From: Planctomycetota bacterium
GTDB taxonomy: Bacteria > Planctomycetota > Phycisphaerae > Phycisphaerales > SM1A02
Length of the DNA: 64,000 bases
Assembly: GCA_036336805.1 (NCBI GenBank)
Contig: JAYZFJ010000056.1
Location: 5,014-69,013, forward strand
Direction: 5' to 3'
Below, in pieces: positions 9,049 to 18,223 of the stretch (position 1 is its first letter; every line of letters starts with the position of its first letter). The notes beneath the pieces were generated by a model. It was given only the letters and a program-made list of their open reading frames with translations, did no database searches and had not been told where the DNA came from. The position numbers and the translations under genes are program-made.

Positions 9049-9584
9049 CCCACACGGAGTGATTCGCTGATGGTATTTATTTTCAGCACGGTACACAGGC
9101 ACCACTTCAGCAAAGCAGTTGCTGGCAGATGAAAACGACGTACTGATCCATGTTTCACATGTGGCGAAGCGAGCACCCAGTGACACGACTACTCGATCGT
9201 ATCCTTTAAATGTACATTGATTTTGCTTCGGATCGGCAGGCCCGCGAGCCCAGCCGGTCCAGTGTTCGCCGGAGCCCATCAAGCCCAGACGTCATCGATG
9301 CCCGCCAAACGGCCTCTTCGTCATATGAATGGACTGAACCAGTCAGACTCCTGGTGGACCATGAGCCGCTTCGATTTTGCAAGGGAAGTTGAGATGGAAG
9401 TTGAGCGATGTGACACTGAAGAGAAGTGGAATGCGGCTTGCCAGTGCGGGGGTGTGTCTGTTCGTTCTGCAGGAAGGCAAACGTGTCGGTGGCTGCCATG
9501 AAGTCGGTAGTCAGCGGCCTCTTTGCAAGTTAGATCTCTGGAAGATTAGATACGTATTCGCTCAATGGACCAGGTGAGGACCAT

Positions 9585-10385
9585 ATGTCAGTTAAAACAG
9601 TGATAGGCAAATTGGACAAAGCTGCACTGGGCGGAGCATTGGCACGGGCATTTGCTTCTCAGAGAGTCAAGAAGAGTCTCAAGCACCAAGCTTCCCGTAT
9701 CAGCTATGGCTTTGATGTCCAGTATCAGAAGAACGACAGTTCAGTATTGAATGTCCTTGCCGATACGTATGGATCAGATAAAGGTGAGGTTTCAGCTGAT
9801 TCAAATCCGTATAACTGGCCCAGTCACAATTATGCCGACTTCTACAGTCTTGTTTTCGGGCTTCGCAGGAACGATGTTGAAACTGTCATCGAGTGTGGGC
9901 TGGGTACCAACAACGCTGCTTTAGAATCTTCAATGGGTGTTGATGGGAAGCCGGGAGCCAGTCTGAGGATGTGGAGGGATTACTTTCCGAATGCCAATAT
10001 CGTCGGTTGTGATATTGATAGTGACATCTTGTTTTCGGAAGAGCGAATCAAGACCTTCTGCTGCGATCAGACTTCCACTGAATCGATACATGCTTTTTTG
10101 AAGGATGCGGAAATCGACCCGGGTTCAGTCGACGTCATCATTGACGACGGATTGCACGAGTATTCCGCGGGCATCTGTTTCTTCGAAAACATGATTGGAT
10201 GTCTCCGTGCTGATGGCATTTACATCATCGAAGATGTCAATCACTCCGACGTCATGAAGTACAAGGACTACTTCTGTGAGAACAGCGTCTCCTTCGAGGC
10301 CAGATTCGTCTGCCTGAAATCGCCCTACAGAAATTGGGGTGACGACAACAACCTGATTTGTGTGACACGAAAACAGATGGCTTGA
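9585..10385 (+). CDS. class I SAM-dependent methyltransferase (sugar/small-molecule type), low-GC
   Basis: RBS GGTGAGGA lies before ATG 9585. Motif I VIECGLGTN, an acidic end of beta-2 (IVGCDID) and DVIIDDGLHE are present. Three hand-counted 60-nt samples give 47%, 40% and 47% GC, against ~60% in the neighbouring guaA. Confidence 0.8.
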   Translation: MSVKTVIGKLDKAALGGALARAFASQRVKKSLKHQASRISYGFDVQYQKNDSSVLNVLADTYGSDKGEVSADSNPYNWPSHNYADFYSLVFGLRRNDVETVIECGLGTNNAALESSMGVDGKPGASLRMWRDYFPNANIVGCDIDSDILFSEERIKTFCCDQTSTESIHAFLKDAEIDPGSVDVIIDDGLHEYSAGICFFENMIGCLRADGIYIIEDVNHSDVMKYKDYFCENSVSFEARFVCLKSPYRNWGDDNNLICVTRKQMA

Positions 10386-10578
10386 GGATTCCGTCTCTGC
10401 TTTGCAAGGAGCATGGATGGCTTCTGACTTGCAACAGCTTCTTCGTACTTCCGAACGAGGTGATCAGCTCGAGATGAATGTCGTACGAGCCGATGCGTTG
10501 TTTCAACGCGGCCATTGACCGGGGACAGGACCGGCCCTGGTCCGGAACACCGTACTGCACACCATCCGTGGAGGATGC

Positions 10579-11706
10579 TCAGTCCCTGCGGAACGTGCTG
10601 CGGGTCAGCATCAGCTCCAGGGTCTGGCAGATCAGGTCGATCTCGCTGTCGACCAGGTCGTTGTGGAAGGGCAGACAGATCGAGCGCATCATCGCGCGTT
10701 CCGCCACCGGCCACGGGCCGCCTCCGACCTCCGCGGGGTAGTTGGTCATCGAGGCCAGTTCCAGAGCCGACTGACTGTCGATCTCGTGCCGTCTCATCCC
10801 GGCGATGACCTCGTCCCGATCCTGATCGGAGAACCGATCGCTCAGCCGCACCAGCATGTGGCACCAGCCCATCTTGACCGACGTGGGGGGGGACTGAAGG
10901 AGCAGATCTGAATTCCCGCTGAGTCTCCTGATGTAGCCGCCTGCGATCTCCTCGCGTCGTTCGATCCACCGATCCAGTCCACCGAGTCGGGTCATGCCCA
11001 TGGCGGCACGAAGATCGTCGTAGGGGGCATCCATGCCGGAGGCCATGGACGTGAGCCGTCCTCCTTGCCCGACGGCGCGATTCTCACAGCGGATCGCGCG
11101 TGCGGCGTGGTCCAGATGGTCGTCGTGGGTCAGGATCAAGCCTCCGGTCCCGGTGCTGATCGGGCTCGCTGGTCCGAGATCGAGCACTGCGATCCGTCCG
11201 AACTGGCCCACCCGCTCACCAGCGGCCCGCCCCCCCAGCGCCGAACCCACGATCTCCAGCAGAGGGAACTCGCTGCGGGTCGCAAGCGTGGCGAGCTGGT
11301 CGAGGCCGTCGGGGCAGCCGAGCGCCGCGCTGCCCACCACCATTCGCGTTTGTTCGGTGATCGCGGCTTCCGCCTGGTCGACCCGCATGCAGAGCGTGAG
11401 GGGGTCCACGTCGATGGCGATCACCTTCGCCCCCAGCCGACGGGCGGCCGAAGCGGCTCCTCGGGCTCCGATTGCAGGCACGATCACTTCGTCTCCGGGT
11501 TCCAGACCGAAGGCGGCCATCGCGACCTCGATGGCCGTACCCAGGGAGGTGGTGCTGATGCAATGGGGACGTCCCATCCGGGCCGCCATCATCTGTTCGA
11601 ACGCATCGACGGCGGCTCCTGCGGTCGTGTTTCGAAGCAGGTTTGCGATGGCCCGCACTTCCTCGTGCGTGATGTACAGGCTGGTCAGCGGGATCTCATC
11701 GCTCAC
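10579..11706 (-). CDS. DegT/DnrJ/EryC1/StrS-family aminotransferase-fold protein (possibly non-canonical, no Schiff-base Lys seen)
   Basis: Family-typical GDEVIVPAIG...AKVIAIDVD and the overall length and layout fit. At the position of the SFxxxK...GEGG motif the sequence reads LDLGPASPISTGTGGLILT, with no lysine. Confidence 0.8.
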   Translation of the reverse strand: MSDEIPLTSLYITHEEVRAIANLLRNTTAGAAVDAFEQMMAARMGRPHCISTTSLGTAIEVAMAAFGLEPGDEVIVPAIGARGAASAARRLGAKVIAIDVDPLTLCMRVDQAEAAITEQTRMVVGSAALGCPDGLDQLATLATRSEFPLLEIVGSALGGRAAGERVGQFGRIAVLDLGPASPISTGTGGLILTHDDHLDHAARAIRCENRAVGQGGRLTSMASGMDAPYDDLRAAMGMTRLGGLDRWIERREEIAGGYIRRLSGNSDLLLQSPPTSVKMGWCHMLVRLSDRFSDQDRDEVIAGMRRHEIDSQSALELASMTNYPAEVGGGPWPVAERAMMRSICLPFHNDLVDSEIDLICQTLELMLTRSTFRRD

Positions 11707-11779
11707 GTTGGAAACTCCGATGCGCCGGTCGGGCGGCGCTGGTGTCGAATCTATGGGTGATCATTGTGTCTGTCCAGAT

Positions 11780-13300
11780 TCAGGAGCCACCCATGATCTC
11801 CATCATCGCCTGCTCCGTTCGATCGTTGTGAGACAGCCAGAGCCATCCGGCGATCGCACGGGTCTGCTTGCTGATCCGGCCACCACCGGATGCGACGAGT
11901 CCCAGCTCTTCAAGGTCCTCGTCGTCCAGTTCGGGCATGGCCCTGGCCTTGATCAGGACCGCGAGCGAGCGGAGGCTGCGATCTGCGTGGTCTTCGTAGA
12001 ACTCGGCGATTCGAACCGCCTCTGGAGGATTGTTCTCGAGGATCGCGGTGAGCATCACCTCCCCGAGAATCTCACGGTTCTCCAGAAACGAGGCGTCTCG
12101 GATGATCTGCATGATCTCCTTCGGGTATTCCGCATCAATGCTTCGCAGGATTCGCCCCGCCACCGGCTGGAATCGTGAATCATCAAGTGCACTCCGAAGA
12201 ACCATCGTCCGGATCTCCATCGCTTCATCCCGATCCTCGGTCTGCTCCGCGATCGCCAGAGCGGCCTGAAGGGAGAGGGGATGTCTGATCTTCAGAAGCT
12301 CGCTGGTTCGGTCGCTGATGTCGCTCCCGTCCTCCAGCGATGCGCCCGCCAGCGCGAGCCTCTGGTTCAGCTGACGCTCGTCACTGATGCTGCTCCAATC
12401 CGAGGTTCTGAGTCCTCGTTCAATCGCCGCCACCCCGAGCCGGGAGCGATCCCCCGAGGATTCGGCGAGTCGTGTCGCTTCCATCCAGAGGGCGAGGCCC
12501 AATTCGCAGTCACAGCCCATCGCGGAATCGATCGCAGCCAGCCTCAGGCTTCGGGGGAACTGATCGTCGTTCGCCACCATTCTGAGGACCGCCAGTGCTC
12601 CCGGCATCGGGTGCCAGGAGGCGATGTCGATCAGTGCACTGGCCACCACGATACGTTCGGGCAGGGCCATCTCGGAGAAGTTACCGATCTCGACCTCGAG
12701 GGGGCCCGAATCACCGACTTCGTCATTCAGGAGCGCCGCGCCGACCATGCGGGTTGCGGGATCCCGCGCGGCCAGGAGTTCATCGATCGATGCGCGATCG
12801 AGTTCAAGGTCGAGTCGTATGCCCATGATGATCCCGACGGCCTTCTCGGAATCACCCAGGTCCGGGAAATTCCGAATTCCGCGAATGAGGTTCTCGTCGA
12901 ATCGGTCCAGGCTGATCGCGGCGATCAGCGCAAGCTGGCGTTCCTTGGGCGCGAGCTGCTGGAGCAGGAACGGATCCAACGCCCCCTGTTCGAGTTCCGC
13001 CAGAGCGAGCAGGGCATCGATCCGCAGGCTGGGTTCATCGGAGGCGAACAGGCTCTGGAAGAGCGGACGCATCCTCGGATCCTCGAGCTGCCGAAGCGCA
13101 AGGAGGATGTTGTGGTTGCTGCCGTCTCGACGCACCGTGATCCCTCGACTGATGGCGGCAATCGAGGATTCATAGGGATCGGAGGTGATGTAGTTTCCCT
13201 GGGCCATGCCCGGGTCGGACAGGGCCGCAAGCATCGCCGGTGCGATGATCCGGGAAGTCCACCATGAAAGCCTCTGAGTGATCATGCCGTGAGTGTACAC
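11780..13300 (-). CDS. hypothetical secreted alpha-helical (HEAT/ARM-like repeat) protein
   Basis: N-terminal signal-like IIAPAMLAALSDPGMAQG, followed by a Leu/Ala/Arg-rich repetitive helical sequence. It starts 27 nt downstream of the dnaA stop on the same strand. Confidence 0.6.
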   Translation of the reverse strand: MYTHGMITQRLSWWTSRIIAPAMLAALSDPGMAQGNYITSDPYESSIAAISRGITVRRDGSNHNILLALRQLEDPRMRPLFQSLFASDEPSLRIDALLALAELEQGALDPFLLQQLAPKERQLALIAAISLDRFDENLIRGIRNFPDLGDSEKAVGIIMGIRLDLELDRASIDELLAARDPATRMVGAALLNDEVGDSGPLEVEIGNFSEMALPERIVVASALIDIASWHPMPGALAVLRMVANDDQFPRSLRLAAIDSAMGCDCELGLALWMEATRLAESSGDRSRLGVAAIERGLRTSDWSSISDERQLNQRLALAGASLEDGSDISDRTSELLKIRHPLSLQAALAIAEQTEDRDEAMEIRTMVLRSALDDSRFQPVAGRILRSIDAEYPKEIMQIIRDASFLENREILGEVMLTAILENNPPEAVRIAEFYEDHADRSLRSLAVLIKARAMPELDDEDLEELGLVASGGGRISKQTRAIAGWLWLSHNDRTEQAMMEIMGGS

Positions 13301-13327
13301 GACCAGGCCGATTCGGAAGCGCTCACA

Positions 13328-14908
13328 TCATCTCCGCGCGGAGCTGCGGAGGATGTCGTACTTGAGCTGTTCGACCAGTTCACGAAGCGTGACGTTGTCG
13401 CCACTCTGCAGGGGCAGTGCCGCGGTGGGCTGGCCTTCATCGGCCTCCGATTCCGCAAGCTCCCGCTCGATTCGCCGGGCGGCAGTGTGCACCGTGGAGT
13501 GGTTTTCCCGGCCCAGGCCACGAGCGATCTCCGGGAAGCTCAGGGTGGTGAGTTCCCTGGCCAGGTGGACCACGAGGCTGCGGGCCAGTACCACCCGACG
13601 GTGGCGGCCACGTCCCAGCAGTTCATCGGGCTCGATCCCGAGGCGTTCACACACGGAACTGATGATCTCACCCAGGCGCACCGGGGTGCGTGGTCCGGAG
13701 GAGAGGTCGCCCTCGAACATCTGCTCGACCATGATCGCACCCACCGGTCCTCCCCGGGCACCGTCGAGCCTTCGCAGAGCGGAGAGCTTCGTCAGTGCCC
13801 CGCCCAGTTCCCGAACCGAGCCGGTGAAGCGTCCGGACAGGAGGCGTGCCGCCGTCTCGGTCAACTCCAGGTCGTGATCCTCGGCGATGCGCCGAACCAG
13901 TTCCTCTCGCATCGGTGGATCCGGCCGGCCGATTCCAACCACCATTCCGGAGAGGAATCGACTGGTCAGCGAGGCGCTGAACCGGCCGATCTGCCTCGGA
14001 TGCTCGTCGGAAGCCAGGAGGATGCAGGCGCCACCGAGGCCGATCGCGTCCAGGGTGTGCAGGAACTCGTTCTGGGTGGCCGTCTTGTTGCTGAGGAAGT
14101 GGATGTCGTCGATTGCGAGCAGGTCCAGCTGCCTCATGCGGGTCCGGAAGCCGTCGATCTTGCCGCTTCGCACCGCGGCGATGTATTCATTGGTGAATTC
14201 CTCGCCTGTGACGTAGCGGATGCGACGACGCATGATCGGGTTGCCGATCGCCTGCTGGCGCTTTTCAACCACCCCCTGAAGCAGATGGGTCTTCCCGACC
14301 CCGCATTCCCCGTGGATGAACAGCATCGAGGGTGCGCCTTCGATGTCTTCGCCGATCGACTGGGCCGCTTCGTAGGCGAGTCGGTTGGAGTTTCCGATCA
14401 CGAATTCGTTGAGTCGGCGCAGCTGCTGACGGCGGAAGTTCCTGCGCTTTGCGGCCGGTGACTCGTCGCTGCGCGAACGCGCGTCGGTCTCCGGGACCGC
14501 GGATCGGGTTCCCCGCGGGCCACGTTCATTCTCGACGCTGCGTCCATCGGCCTCCGCCGGGTGGAACGATTCCGGTGACACGTGAAGATCGATCGTTCCG
14601 TTCTCACCGATGGTCTCCCGGACCACGGCTTCAAGATCCTGTCGGAAGTGCCGCTTGATCCAGTCCGCGACGAACTGACTTTCGGCGGCGATGTTGAGTC
14701 GATTCTGTTCGATCGTGAGTCGGGTCGTGTGGTCGAACCACATCCCGTATCGGTGCTGGCCGATCCGATCGGTCAGTCGATCGGTGATTCTCGGATCGTG
14801 CCGTTCGGTCGTCGGGGTGTCGGTGTTTCTCTGGTGGGATCGAGTCGGCTTGCTGCTGGAGCGCTTGCTGGAGGAGTTCGGGGGTGGATTCGTGGTGCTG
14901 CGCGGCAT
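13328..14908 (-). CDS. dnaA: chromosomal replication initiator protein DnaA
   Basis: AAA+ Walker A GECGVGKTHLL, Walker B LLAIDDIHFL, sensor/box VII regions, and a C-terminal HTH (RRVVLARSLVVHLARELTTLSFPEIARGLGRENHSTVHTAARRIE). Start chosen at ATG 14908 (MPRSTTN...). The longer ORF to 15211 was rejected. Confidence 0.95.
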   Translation of the reverse strand: MPRSTTNPPPNSSSKRSSSKPTRSHQRNTDTPTTERHDPRITDRLTDRIGQHRYGMWFDHTTRLTIEQNRLNIAAESQFVADWIKRHFRQDLEAVVRETIGENGTIDLHVSPESFHPAEADGRSVENERGPRGTRSAVPETDARSRSDESPAAKRRNFRRQQLRRLNEFVIGNSNRLAYEAAQSIGEDIEGAPSMLFIHGECGVGKTHLLQGVVEKRQQAIGNPIMRRRIRYVTGEEFTNEYIAAVRSGKIDGFRTRMRQLDLLAIDDIHFLSNKTATQNEFLHTLDAIGLGGACILLASDEHPRQIGRFSASLTSRFLSGMVVGIGRPDPPMREELVRRIAEDHDLELTETAARLLSGRFTGSVRELGGALTKLSALRRLDGARGGPVGAIMVEQMFEGDLSSGPRTPVRLGEIISSVCERLGIEPDELLGRGRHRRVVLARSLVVHLARELTTLSFPEIARGLGRENHSTVHTAARRIERELAESEADEGQPTAALPLQSGDNVTLRELVEQLKYDILRSSARR

Positions 14909-15055
14909 TGGCTTCTCGATGGCTACTGAGTGAATCGGACAGTTTCCCGAAACCCGTGGGGCTTCGTTCCTTCTCGTCCGGCAGTCCAGGTCCGCGCAGT
15001 CGATGTCGCTGCGTGAGTGCCCCTTCCTGGGAGGGCGGATGCAGCGAAAACGGCG

Positions 15056-15754
15056 GTGGAACTGCCGAATCAGGGTCTCGAGTCCATTCGCATCGAGGAG
15101 CTCGTGACGCCGGTGCGCCTCCAACGGGATGGTGCGCGGGCCGGTTTCATCGAGGTGGAGGGCGTGATCGACGGTGCCGATCCCGGCAACCGGCGGCCCG
15201 CTGGAACACATCCACCAGGCTTCGGCGTCAGGCAGGGCCTGAATCCACCGAGGCCTTCCTCAGCGGTTCAGGGGATGAATCATCGGGCTTGAGCGTGCGA
15301 ACTTGGCTCAAGAGACTCGTCAGAGCAGGCCGGGACCAGGTCGGACAGATCTCACGACGGACCTGCTGTCCGAAGGCAGACACGGTTACAGCTCGTGCAC
15401 GAACCACTCATGCTTCATCTTGGCACCCTGGGGGGCCTGGTTCCGGCTGTCGTATCTGTGCGGTTTCCTCGCACTGCTGGAGGAAACCGGGAAATCTGTC
15501 GGGCCTCATCCTGATTTGCCGTGACGAGTGATGGTGCGGGACCCGGAGGTCGCGCTGATTCATCCACTCAACCACGTGTTCCACGTCCTTGTGGAACAGA
15601 ACCAATTGTAGCGCAAACAACACGACTTGCAAGGGGGTGCTGCCGACTTGGCGGTGAAGGTGTCTTCCGAAACCTCTTGTTTCAAGGGGTTTGGTGAACT
15701 TCGAAATCTCGTTCTCCACCATGTCCACACCCGATGTCCATGCCGTGTGGAAAA
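15056..15754. other. cluster of DnaA-box-like motifs (candidate oriC / dnaA control region)
   Basis: TCCAC cores at 15211, 15244, 15563, 15580, 15715 and 15724. GTGGA cores at 15056, 15155, 15591 and 15747. The best 9-mers against TTATCCACA/TGTGGATAA are TGTGGAAAA (15746-15754, 8/9), ATGTCCACA (15721-15729, 7/9), TCATCCACT (15560-15568, 7/9) and TGTGGAACA (15590-15598, 7/9). No convincing ORF lies in 14909-15806. Confidence 0.5.
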
Positions 15755-15806
15755 ATCGGGTGTACTTGACAAATCCCTCTTCGCTCCAGCCGGGTTCACG
15801 GTTCGA

Positions 15807-16769
15807 TCAGTCTCGTCGGATCGTGTCGTCGTGATCATCCCGGTCGATCTTCCGGACGAGGGCGCACCGCCTGGTCGTGGGAGTGAACCCGGCAGATCGG
15901 TACATCGTCATGGCGGGGGTGTTCGATTCATCGACGGCGAGAACCACTGTTTTCTGAGCCGTTTCGCTGATCTTGAAGAGCGCGTGCGCCAGCAGGGCAC
16001 GACCCATTCCCTTTCCGCGCATCTCGGGAGTGATGCCCAGATACACGAGTTCCGCCACCTTCTCGTCACGCGCGCGGTTGATCAGACAGGCGCCTGCCGG
16101 GGAACCCTCGAAGGAGAGAATCGTCCACCAGTCGGGCTTGAAAATCCCGGAGTTCATGTGGCCATCCAGAATGTCGTTCATCCGGCGAAGTCCGACCAGG
16201 CCCGGACAGTCGAGGGTCTCGATGTAGGTTCGCGCAAGCAGCTGCTCGAGCATCGTCCGGTCCTCCGATCGATAGCTCCTGAACGAGCTGCCCTCGGGGG
16301 GCGTCGCCTGCTTCCGATGCCTCCGGCCGAGGCTCGCCTGCATGTAGGTGAGAATCGCGATCTGCTTCAGCCCGCTTTGTTCAAACGCCTGGATCTCCCG
16401 ATGTTCATCCGGGGTGACCAGGGCCTGGACCAGGCAGAGGCCTTCCTGCGCCAGGGCGGCGCTGGCGACCTGGAGAACCTCGCTCGCGAGGGTGATCTCC
16501 ATCGGGTTGCGAGGTGGACTGACGAAGAGCATGGCGGTCCGCCCCGGATTGATGGAGGCCAAGGCGGAACACCGGACCGCACCCTCGGTGTCGAACGCAC
16601 ACCAGAGGTTTCCAAGGTCCATCGACGTCTCCCGTGCGAACCGCATGAACCGTTCTGCGCGCAGGCGATCCGAGCCGAGCAACCGCTCGATGCCCTCTCG
16701 GCGTTTCGCCGGCCCCGCCCGCCCGATGCGGTGCTGGCCAGAAGGGGGGGTGTTTCGCTTCTTGTGCAT
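15807..16769 (-). CDS. GNAT-family N-acetyltransferase (two-domain)
   Basis: C-terminal acetyl-CoA-binding motif ITPEMRGKGMGRALLAHAL ... MTMYRSAGF. The N-terminal half is also GNAT-like. The exact start is uncertain. Confidence 0.75.
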   Translation of the reverse strand: MHKKRNTPPSGQHRIGRAGPAKRREGIERLLGSDRLRAERFMRFARETSMDLGNLWCAFDTEGAVRCSALASINPGRTAMLFVSPPRNPMEITLASEVLQVASAALAQEGLCLVQALVTPDEHREIQAFEQSGLKQIAILTYMQASLGRRHRKQATPPEGSSFRSYRSEDRTMLEQLLARTYIETLDCPGLVGLRRMNDILDGHMNSGIFKPDWWTILSFEGSPAGACLINRARDEKVAELVYLGITPEMRGKGMGRALLAHALFKISETAQKTVVLAVDESNTPAMTMYRSAGFTPTTRRCALVRKIDRDDHDDTIRRD

Positions 16770-16952
16770 CCTCAGGGCCCTTTCCTGGGGGGCAGGAACC
16801 CGCGATTTGATGCGTTCTGGAGAGACATCAGCGCGAAGAGATCGGTATCATTACAGGCCTGAACCCGGTGATTGGTGGGTGGACCGTCATCACCCCGGCC
16901 GGGGTCTCCGGGCCGGTACGGGTTGCCAAGATTGGAAGAGGCCAGTTGATTC

Positions 16953-17672
16953 ATGAGTGACATGATTGAGACGTTTCGCAAGTCAGGCAAGTGTGGAATC
17001 AGGCAAACCCGTGCACTCGTGGCCGGGCTGCGACGTGGCCTGAGCCTGCTGGCCCTCCTTCTGGTCCTTGGTGGCGGCACCGGCGACTTCGCACAGGCCG
17101 CATCCCAGGCTCCGCAGATCTGGACGCTCGACATCAAGCCCGGTCCGCTTCGACTCTACGTCGATCCGATCGATGACCGCCACTATCACTATTTTACCTA
17201 CCAGGTCGTGAACTCGACCAAGGCAGATCGCATGTTCGCTCCGACCATCGAATTGTTCACCGACACGGGGCAGATTCTCCCCTCCGGCAGCGGGGTGTCT
17301 TCCCAGGTCTCCCGGCGCCTCATGGGGCATCTGGCCAATCCACTCATGGAGGATGAGCATCAGATCATCGGAGATCTGAAGCAGGGGAAGGAACATGCCA
17401 AGGATGGACTGGTCATCTGGGAGGCCGTGGATCTGGACACGAACCAGATCACGATCTTCGTCACCGGTCTCAGCAACGGGATCAATCGAGTACCCCATCC
17501 GGTCACCGGAGAGGACGTATTGCTTCGCAAGACCCTCCGACTCGACTACGTCATCCCGGGCAACCTCGCCGACACTCGGCGTGCGGATGCCACCCCCGAT
17601 CCCCAGGAAGACACCGAGCGGGCGATCCAGCTGCACGCCAAGATTCCGCACGGAATCTGGATCTGGCGCTGA
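16953..17672 (+). CDS. hypothetical secreted protein
   Basis: Signal peptide LSLLALLLVLGGGTGDFAQAAS, followed by a soluble domain with no recognisable motif. Confidence 0.6.
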   Translation: MSDMIETFRKSGKCGIRQTRALVAGLRRGLSLLALLLVLGGGTGDFAQAASQAPQIWTLDIKPGPLRLYVDPIDDRHYHYFTYQVVNSTKADRMFAPTIELFTDTGQILPSGSGVSSQVSRRLMGHLANPLMEDEHQIIGDLKQGKEHAKDGLVIWEAVDLDTNQITIFVTGLSNGINRVPHPVTGEDVLLRKTLRLDYVIPGNLADTRRADATPDPQEDTERAIQLHAKIPHGIWIWR

Positions 17673-17840
17673 GCCCCGTTCCCTCCATGGCCCCTCAGCG
17701 GTCTCCAGGGGGGGTTCCCGACATTTGATTCCCCTTGGCGTCGTTCAGGGGGGTTGCTTCCAACCGATTCCCGCTATACTGCGCGACTCGTCCCGACAGG
17801 GTCGATTTCAGGAATCACAGCACCAGTGGAGTGATCAGCG

Positions 17841-18140
17841 ATGGCACACAAGAAGGGTCAGGGTTCTTCAAAGAACGGCCGCGACTCCAATCCGCAATTC
17901 CGTGGCGTGAAGCTGTACGGTGGCCAGCAGGCAAAGGCCGGCTCGATCATCATCCGACAGTGCGGTACCTCCTTCAAGCCCGGCTACAAGGTGCTCAGGG
18001 GTCGAGATGACACCTTGATGGCCCTGGTTCCCGGGACCGTCCGATTTCGGGGCCGTTTCGTCGACGTGATTCCTGCCGATGACTCGGTGCAGCAGTACGA
18101 GGTCGTCGACCGACCGAATCCCCGACGCAAGCGCGCCTGA
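17841..18140 (+). CDS. rpmA: 50S ribosomal protein L27
   Basis: [29 protein letters not shown]...[10 protein letters not shown] matches the canonical L27 N-terminus. Confidence 0.97.
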   Translation: MAHKKGQGSSKNGRDSNPQFRGVKLYGGQQAKAGSIIIRQCGTSFKPGYKVLRGRDDTLMALVPGTVRFRGRFVDVIPADDSVQQYEVVDRPNPRRKRA

Positions 18141-18223
18141 GGTCCCAACACACCGCACGTCTTCCTGCTCCCGATGATTCATGACGGGGGCTCGTCTTGT
18201 TGTGTTTCCAACCGGAGCCCACG

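Noticed and set aside
9151-9166. A parS-like half-site, TGTTTCAC (consensus TGTTTCACGTGAAACA), in the low-GC spacer.
   Set aside because: The second half (ATGTGGCG) does not match, and there is no ParB gene nearby. It is a single half-site.
7357-9282. Very long ORFs lie antisense to clear housekeeping genes. Examples are 7357..9282(-) opposite guaA, 23317..25737(+) opposite mutS, 27140..28846(-) opposite ileS, 38567..40468(+) opposite lepA, 40475..42037(+) opposite rimO, 45583..47418(-) opposite parA-like, and 56598..58208(-).
   Set aside because: Their translated sequences are Arg/Gly/Pro/His-rich and of low complexity, with no motifs. Each is fully overlapped by a gene of unambiguous identity. 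Stop-codon-poor antisense frames are expected in high-GC DNA.
9206-9577. The small ORFs in the low-GC spacer upstream of the methyltransferase: 9206..9499(-), 9210..9392(+), 9217..9501(+) and 9377..9577(+).
   Set aside because: They overlap one another, lack RBSs and recognisable motifs, and have patchy composition. They cannot be supported as genes from sequence alone.
9521-10408. A 9-bp direct repeat, CTTTGCAAG, occurs at 9521-9529 and 10400-10408 and brackets the low-GC methyltransferase ORF. A related TTTGCAAG occurs at 9376-9383. This could be a target-site duplication or cassette boundary.
   Set aside because: A back-of-envelope estimate gives a few chance 9-mer repeats in a ~1.4-kb AT-richer segment. 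There is no integrase, transposase or inverted repeat to support mobility. It is mentioned only as a possible lead.
14909-15211. A 101-codon upstream extension of the dnaA ORF, and the 106-aa ORF 15408..15728(-), both within the dnaA upstream region.
   Set aside because: Their composition is Arg/His/Cys-rich and shows no homology pattern. They overlap the DnaA-box cluster. The region is better explained as non-coding oriC and promoter DNA.
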